From assembly GCA_015231405.1 (NCBI GenBank), contig JADGBR010000009.1:25423-89422 (forward strand): a stretch of 64,000 bases of DNA. Direction: 5' to 3'. Of the stretch, positions 52,901 to 61,900 are shown one piece after another. Made by a program: the position numbers and the translations under genes. This DNA comes from Candidatus Omnitrophota bacterium. Its GTDB lineage: Bacteria > Omnitrophota > Gorgyraeia > Tantalellales > Tantalellaceae. The notes under the pieces are model-generated. The model saw nothing but the letters and a program-made list of their open reading frames with translations. It was not told where the DNA came from and did not search any database. Numbering within the stretch: the stretch's first letter is position 1; each line of letters opens with the position of its first letter.

Positions 52901-55900
52901 TGTGAATAGTGACACCGTCGACGCTGTTATCTTCCAACGGTATACGCCCGTCTTCCTTTATAAGGCTGTATACCACGAACGGCTTTTTTGTTTTGCTAGC
53001 AATGGCTTTCGCCTGGTCGATCCATTGTTTAGTTATGTTCTCGACACCGGTCGCTAAGCTCCTCAATCCGTAAATTTTTGCCATTTCGGAAGCTTTAGCC
53101 AGATACCTGACTGAAATGTCGACCCCGATGCAGTTCACACCCTTTGAGACGAGCCAGTTGCTTTGTTCACCCGAACCGCAGCCGAATTCGAGAACGACAT
53201 TGGAAGCGCCTTTTTCACGGCCAAAAAGCCGCCTAAAGAACCTTTCAATAGGATCGCCAGCCAACCTGCTAAGCATTTCAAACGGCCTTGCCTGGACGGC
53301 GTCCTGTATCCCCGCCTTGTCCTCTCCCACGGCGGCAAGTTCCATTTCTCTTCCCTTTAATGTCATGTCAGGCTCAGGCCTTTCAGGACGGAAAGAACGA
53401 TTGGTGGTCTTTTTTATCCAGCGCTTAATGTCCCTCGCGGCGCCTTTCGGATCACTTTGTATTTTTTCCCACATCCGAGGAGAAGAACAAATGCCATTAC
53501 CATAGTGATATGACACCGCCCCGGATTGCTTTACTCCAAGGACGGTCATGGTGCTGTTATCCGTCACGGGCTTGAAAAATACCTCGTATTTCCCATCCCC
53601 CTTTACCCTGAAACTTATTATGTAAGGCTTGACAGATTCGTTAAGTTCGTCGATCCAATATGAGAGGATACCGGCGATCTGGGTCTTGCTCCAGCCCGTC
53701 AGTAACACACCTGCGTTCCAGTTATCAAGTTCGCTCACCTCGACGTCGCCTATCTCCCGGATATTCTTCTTCCTTATCTTCCCCGCGGCTCCGTCTTCCG
53801 CATCAAGTCCTTCCCAAATGGACGAGCTTTTTCGGTAATAATGCGCGTGAAAATGCCCCACTGAGCCGTGAGGCCGTGTATTGAAGAAGCCCTCGAATTC
53901 GGGACCAAGATTATCAGCGAACGTGAGTGAATCCACCAGCTTATCCCTGTTAAGGGTCTGGGGTGAAGCCTCTTCCGTGGCAAGCAGGATATGGTCCCGG
54001 AAGGTCACGTTCATATTTATCCAACTGACGTATTTTCTCGGAGTAGGGACCCCGTCCTCGCTGAAACTTGACTTAAAAAGCGCGTAATCGCTGAATTTTT
54101 TCAACTGGCAGGCCCAGCATCTTCTTGCGCCTTTCTGGGTAAAAGTAAATTCCTGGTGATCACGGAACATTTCTTCCGTCATTTCGGTGGGCCGGGCCGG
54201 TTTATATTGTCCTCTCCCGGGAATATATGTTATTGACGTTTTCGCCCCGTTACCCATATCCAGCTGGATAGTTTCGGGATCATAAGGGTATGGCATGACT
54301 CCCGAATCGTAAACTTGTTTCACCCTCATTGACACGAAATCGGCTAAGGCATTATCCGGCGGGCCTCTTGAATCCACCCCAAAATTGAATTCTTTAAGGC
54401 TTCTGGTGATCTTCTCCCGGCGGTAGTATTCGCTGACCTCGTTGACCGCGGCATCTTCATTCCCGTTGATATTCGCTACCAGGTAATGGAAGTCTTTCCA
54501 TCTTCTCAATTCCCTGACACCGCGGCTCATCCTTTCTTGGATGCCGCGATTAGCGGCTATGACAGCTTCTCCGGGCTCTGCGCCACCGTATTCTTCTCTC
54601 ACCAACCTTTCTTTAAGGACCCTTGTCGCTTCTTCAAGTGCTGCCGGCTCAATACGACCGGTATCGGGCATCCTTCTTGTCAGGCGATCTATAGCTATGG
54701 GCGATACATACACGTCGACGATATTTCCCGGGTACGTTTCCCTGACGACCTTGGCGCCTTCCACATCGATATCCACGATCACGTCTTTACCGGAGCTGAT
54801 CGCGCTGTCTATTTCATCCTTAACTATACCGTATCTCATGTCCCCGAACTTGACCGTATGGAAGAATTTATTTGTGTCCGCCATTTTCTCGAACTCGGCT
54901 TCCGAAATAAATTTATGGTCTCGACCTTCGACCTCGCCTTCCCGCGGCGCCCTTGTGGTGTACGAAACGACCCTAACGGCGTTTGGATGAGTTTCGGCGA
55001 ACCTGTTAAGCATCCTCCTTTTTCCTACTCCTGATGGTCCGGAAAAAACGAGTATTATAGGGTTACTTTTTATCTGCTCTTCGGTTGGCGTGGCCAAGGC
55101 GCGTTCAAGCTCAGGCGCTATTGTAATTTCTTTAGGCTCAGGTTTTGCCGGGACCTTCTTCAAAGGGAAAGCCACCCTTATGAACTTATAAACGACCAGT
55201 ACGACGATGACCAGTAATATTCCCGTCAATAAACCGGACCCGAAAAATGGGATCACACTGCCGGATAAGATCTCCCCGCTTGTCTTTTTCATTGATAATT
55301 CAGCTATTTGAGAGATCACCTCTCTCCTACCGCCCCCTCTTGCCACGCCGGCGGCGAAATATACGCCCAGGCCGGCCAATAAACCTATCAGCCGCCTTAT
55401 GATCCTTGTCCTCCAGGCGGCCCTGTTCATGTCCCTCTCCTTAAGCTCGGCTTTTTTAGCTTTGATCTCAGAGATAAGACGGTCTATTATAGCGGCCTGG
55501 TCCCAGAATACGTTCGACATGACTATCGAGAACTCGCCGAACTTTTTTGTCTCGTTTATTACGGAATCAAGCCTGGCCCCGATATTATCGTCCACGAGGG
55601 GCCTTATCGCTTCCGGCAGAGCGCCTGTTTCGTTAAGGGCTTTCTCTATTACTTCCGGCTCTGGGATGTCTTGATTATCAGGAAACGTTCTGGTCAATAT
55701 CCTGTAAATAAGCACTGCCCTGACAGCGTTCTCCGACTCTTTGGACAAGGTGCCGGCCGTATCTCCTTCCTCGAGTCTATCAGTCGCTATCGGAGATATG
55801 AAAAGGTCAACTATCCTGTCAGAATAGGTATTCCTTACCGCTGCGGCGCCTGCGGCGTCAAGGTCGATAAGCGCGTCCTTGCCCTCGGCAAGTATCTCAT

Positions 55901-58900
55901 CGATAGAGTCACGGGTAACACCGTAAAAGTTCCCTCCGAAATCGATCCACTGGAGGAATTTTCCCTCATCTCTCATCTTCTCGAACTCGGCCCTATCTAT
56001 GAAACGATGTTCGCGGCCGTCTTGTTCGGTTGGTCTTACGGTACGGGTCGTATAGCTGACCACCCTTTGAGCGTTAGGATACCTTTCAAAAATGCCCTTT
56101 ATGCCCCTCCCCGGGTGCCCATCGATGACAGTGCCTTTTCCTACGCCTGAAGGGCCGGATACCGTTATCACAACAGGGCAGTCCGGATCGCCTTGGATTT
56201 TAGAGTGCCTGCGGGTGCGTTCCCCCGAGAATCTCTTGTTAACAAGGACGAGGACCAGAGCGAACAATACGGCTCCTCCTAATATCACGAGCGGCAGATG
56301 GTTTTGGGCTATTTGTGCCAGCAATCCCGAGGATCCGCCGGATGCGGCCTGTACGGCGCTCATGTCCTGGCCTGTAATAAGCGTCCTGAACGCGTCAGCC
56401 ACCGGCGCGGCTTTTACGGCGGAAAGCCCGAAATATTTTTTCGCGTAATACGCAGGCATCAAAAAGCACAGGTACAGTATAGTGAAGAATGCGAAACCGT
56501 ATGTCCATAACTGCCGGAACCCGGAATGCCTCATGTACAGGTAGAACTTATCCCACTTCTCGGAATAGAAGTGCCATAACTCCTTATCGGGTCTCAGCTG
56601 CTGCTGGGCATATATCCGCTGAGGTAAGCGGTCAAGCCCGACTGGAAGGACCTTTTCGGTATACGGCCAGACATTATCGAGCCTGTTCCTTATCTGATAC
56701 CAGACCAGGCGCGCCGCGGCGTTCAGGTTGACAAAATACAGCGGCATGTAGAACGCTTTTGAAATGTAATAAATATAGAAATACGGCATTCGCCCTACAG
56801 GCAGATACCACTTGAAAAGCTGGAACAGTATTACGGTGCCAATAAGCATAACGCCGGGTACCATGAGCGTTAAGAACATATATGTCTGGACCATAAAAAC
56901 CGCGTTAAGCACGAGGACCGCGCCCAGGACGAAAGTCAGGAGCCCGGGACGGAACTGGCCTCTAGAGAATTTATTCATCTCGGCTTCAAGAGTTCCTATC
57001 CTGGTCCTGATAGACTCGGCGATAAGCGCCCTCCCCCTCTGAACGGCGCCGTTCACGTTAAGGGCCGGACTTGAATAATAGTCGGAGAGAAGGTCAGCGA
57101 AGAAGGTAGACCTTCCTCCGTCCCTTTTTTGTTTGTCAAAATCCCTGTCGCCATGTAAAAGCCACTTTCTCAGCATGGTAATTACCTGCCGGCTCGATCT
57201 TTTCTTCTCGGCGGGGGTAATATCACCTCTCAGGTTAATTGCCGTTATCTCAAGAGCTGCGTCTTCCAGGTATTTCAGGTCTTTAGTGACCCAGTTGGTC
57301 ACATCGTCCTGTTGAAACCCACCGGTCGCGCCGGACTCCACCTTTGCCAGGTCGTTTCTAAACTCTTCCAGCCGGTCGCTGTAGAAATCGGATATACCTT
57401 TCGATATCTTCTCGGTCCCTCCCAGCTTATTCTTAAAAAGCGCCGTCACGTTGTGGTATACCTGATAAAAATAGAACGTCATCATTATCGTGACACCTAC
57501 GGACGCGGAGGCTATGAACCATATATCCCACGGAAGCCACGTCTTCATGGTTTCCGAGAAGACATGCACAAGCCCGGACAACCCCGACGAATCGCGCGCG
57601 AGCATGCTTGAAAGCGGCATACCGCTGAATACCGCGACTTTCCCGAGTATTTCAGCGCCTACAAAAGCCAGAAAGTAGAAAAATGTAACGGCGAAACTGA
57701 GCGCCGTGAAGATCGTTGATGTAAATCCCGAATCGAGGAGGATATTGATGAAGAAGTTCCCCCATCCTATCTGTTTTATCCTATTCTCGACCTGTTCAGG
57801 CTGTTCTATGAATCCCAGTCTGCAGAGTAACAGAGTAAATCCCCTCGACGCCGCATAACCCAGTAATAGCCCCGCTATGGCTCCCAGCAATGTCCCCGTT
57901 AGACCTACCGCGATACCCGTTCTTAAGCCCAGTATGCCTCCGACTATACCCGCGAAACCATACGTGAAAATAGGTATTGTCAAACTGAAAGAAGCCCCAA
58001 GGATAGCCGCGGAAGACACGATCATGATCCACCTGGACCTCTGTCCATGCCACGCGAATCCCATAGGCCCGGCCTGTTCCAGGACGGATGAACCCATATC
58101 GGTGTAGTAGTATACCCTCTTCCCCCTCTGGGTCACTCTCATGCCCAGAGCCTTGTCCTCGGTAGTATCGTCGCGCGGATGCATCCCCAGGGGTTTAAGC
58201 CCGGAGAGTTCGGCCATCATGATAAGCATGCGCCCTTTTTCAGCCGTCGCAAGGTTCTCGTGCACGTCAACCCTTGCCGCTTCGAGTATATCCTCCACCT
58301 TTCCCCTGGCCGTCCTGGTACCGTCATTCTCATATCCAAGCATCGACCTCGACTCGAACCAGTTGGAAAGCCCGTCCAGGTGGAACACGGTATGGGTCTG
58401 TGCCATACGCATGATAAAATCCCATCCTCTTTCCCTGGCTACACGAACAAGCGACGATGAGAAAATAAAAGCGCCATAGTATCCTATTATCGGCAGAAAC
58501 ACGGCGTTCGCCAGCACTATGACGCTGAGGCTGAACGCGGATATCGTCAGGGTCGATCCGATAAGACCCAGGACTATGCCAAGGATCGTGGCGATGATCG
58601 CGATCGGCGTTCTGGGCGCCACTAGTCCGAATTTAACCGGGCCCCAGCCGTTATAGTCCAGAAAGAAGGATTTGTTAAGGCCGTAAGGCATCTGTATCGG
58701 GATCCCCTGCATGACGGACGGACCCTCCCTTTCCCTCATTTCCTCAAATATGTATTCCTCTTTGCTTTTGTAAACTCCCGTTTCGCGGTCAAATATCTTA
58801 ACCATCATATCGCCGACAGGGTCGCCTGGCCTCGCTTTCTCCGCCATCTTCGAATATTTATCATACTCTTTTGAGATCTTCATGCCGGCGTACAGATCTA

Positions 58901-61900
58901 TGTTCCAGCGTATGGCCTCGTCATATAGAGCCTTGTTCCTCCTTATCAGGTTCGAAGGGAGAATATTCTCAGGATGCGCGACCACTTCTCCTTCTTCCGT
59001 CTCGTCGAGCATTTCGCGGGTCAGGCATGCAACCACGCTTTTTACGCGTTCATATCCCGTGGTAACGGTCCAGTAATGGAATTTCTGGGGCTCATTATCC
59101 TCGTCGAGTATCTCCCATATCTCCGGCAGAGCTCTCCTTCCTTCTATAAAATCCACATCGATCTCGCTGTAAGCCATATTCGTGCCGCTCGGTTTTGACA
59201 AAGGCTGGTTCTGCTGGCCAGGCTGGTTCGGTATAGGCACCGGCTCGGGATGGGTCATTACCCTCATAGGGTCCATGCCGACGGCTCTCGCCGCCGCCTC
59301 GCCCGCGGGGACTATATTCATCCCGCCCAGCGTCAGCGGTATGATGGTAGCCAACGACACATTGAACCGGTCCGCCGGATACTCACCGTTGGTCACGCCA
59401 TGAGCTATGCTCCGTTCCGCGCAGCTCCCGGCCGTAGGGCCCGGCATACACGGCCTCATCACGTCGAGATCGGTGGCGAGTATCCTCGCGTATCCGACAA
59501 CTCCTTCATGTCCCAGCTCGGCATGAAGAGCCTCTAGTATTTCTCTATTGTCGATAACTCCCCTGTCAGCGGCGAATCCTGAAAGGTCAGGTTGACCAGC
59601 CGCGTCGTTGAGTATCCCTGTCGCCGCGATGAAATCCAGGGCTTCAGGCCGGAGCCGCGCGGGATGGGCCTCTGTTCCCCTTAACCTTTCAATTATCCTT
59701 TTTAGGAGGGCAGCGTCAAAGCCGGAATTCTTATCCGCCCAGGTCGGATTCCCGGCGAACTGCGGCGGAGTGGGTACGGCGTTGAACATGCTCCTTAAGA
59801 GTTCTATCTGGTCATAGCCGTTGATATACACATAATGATAGTTCCGCATCGTCCTGCCGACCGCGCCTGTTTGGGCCTCTTCGGCTGACTGCTGATCCTC
59901 GCCCGCTATCGATTCCGCGACCTTGTACTCATCGTCCGTAACGAACGTCCTCGTCTCTTTCCAGAAGAACCCGTTCGATTTCAGCCACGGTTTGAGGAAC
60001 ATTGTGCAGATCATGAACGCCGTACCGCCTGTCACGATGAACATCTTGATGCCCATATTCACCCATGTTGCGCTTTTGTCTATCCCTATCTCTAAAGACC
60101 CCAGGCTCAAGACTTCAGGGAGCGCCGGAAGACCGAAGAAATATATAGCGTGGCTGACAGCGACCAGGATGCCGACGAGGACCAGCATCGTCCTGGCGTG
60201 CCGTTTCAGCACGGTCTGGAGCGCGGCCATAGACCCTAATCTGCCGTGTTCCTTGCTTTCCCTGGCGGCGATATGCGCCCTGTTCTTTTTGGCTGCCAGA
60301 GGATCGGTATACCCTTTAAGGTTCTCGATAAGTACCGTGGTTTCCCATAACTCATAAGGCACGGTATGCGCGAAAAGCTCTTTGCTCTCTTTTTTCGTTC
60401 TGGAGCTCACCACCTTAAGAGCCCCGTTCGGCTTTGTCTCGAGCCTTTCGGCGTACGCGCCTGAGCCCTGGACAATACCCTCGTCCCCGAAACCGGGGAG
60501 CACGAACCCGCCGGATGTACCGGCGTTAATGTTGTTATCGTCCTGGTTGAACTTTATCTTGCGCCATCCCAGGCCTTCGAGATCCTGTACAAGCATCCTC
60601 TTATACCTCATCTCATCCACTACCCATACGCGCCACCTCAACCGTTCCCGGCCTTTGGAATCCAGGACCCTAAGAGCGTCATTCATAAGCGCGGTCGTTT
60701 CTATCCTGGCTATCCTGATGGTGTCGAATATGTCCTGGTATGCCTGGAGATCCAGGGTTAAGCTGTTAACGTCCGGAAGCGGCACCCTCATGGGAATGCC
60801 CTTGATATTTTCGGCGACGAGCTTCCTCATTAACGCCGTTTCCGGGTCGTCTTCTCCGCGAGCGGCAATAAGCTGGCGAAGTCCCGTCTCCACTTCGTTC
60901 AGATTATCATTGACCAGTTTCATCGCCTCGGCCTGCGCCCTGGCGTATTTCGCCCTTTTGGAGACGGGGCTGGCCAACAATTCCTTAACGAACCATCTCA
61001 GCATCGGGAACCATTGCCGTTCGATAGCTTTCCACTGTTTGTTGTTTACGGATATTGTCCTTATCTCTTTCCTCTCGGGCCAGATCAGACTTATAGCGAT
61101 GATGACAATCCCGCTTATCCAAAGGTTATTGTTCGGGAAGACCATTATCCCCGTAAAACCGGCAAGCCATATCCCGAGGGACGCCATACCGATGACCGTT
61201 ATACCGAATGCGGTCGAAGGCCGTATCGACCTTTGAGCTTCCCATAATATCTCTATAGGTTTTGCCATATTGCCCATATCTGTCGCTTTTTTCGCGCGCC
61301 TGCCAACGTACTTGTCTATCAATTTTATGACTTCGCCCACTCCTTTATTGCGCGCTGTTTTTTCAACGCCCGGACCTGGCGCGGCCGCCGGAGCCGACGG
61401 ACCTTTCGTCGGTCCGACCGGTTTAGCTTCCCCAGATCCCCCTAAAGGAAGGACCGGTTCCGTATACGGCTTGGCCCTCCACTTTCTTAGCGTCCCGACA
61501 TTCTTCCTCAAAATGTTAGCGCCGAACAGCAATAACGCCAAAGCCAGACCGTACATGCTTATGTCCATTATGAATGTTTTCCACTCGTCGACGTCGTCAG
61601 CCATGTAGGTAAGCGTCCCGGGCTTATGGAGGTTGACCATGGTCACCACCTGGTCGACCGCCTGGTCACGCCTCACGCTCTTGGCTTTTGTCGCGAACAC
61701 AGTATCCCCTCTCGCGACCGATACGGCCTGTTCGTATATGACCGAATATATCTTGTCTATACTTTCTTCGGTCACCCCTTCCAGAGCGTATTTTCCCATA
61801 AGCACTTCTATGGCCGCCTTGATCTTGGGGTTATCTGAAATAGCTTTCACCTCATCGCTGATGTCCCCATATTTGGAATTGACCGTCTGATCGGCCCAGG

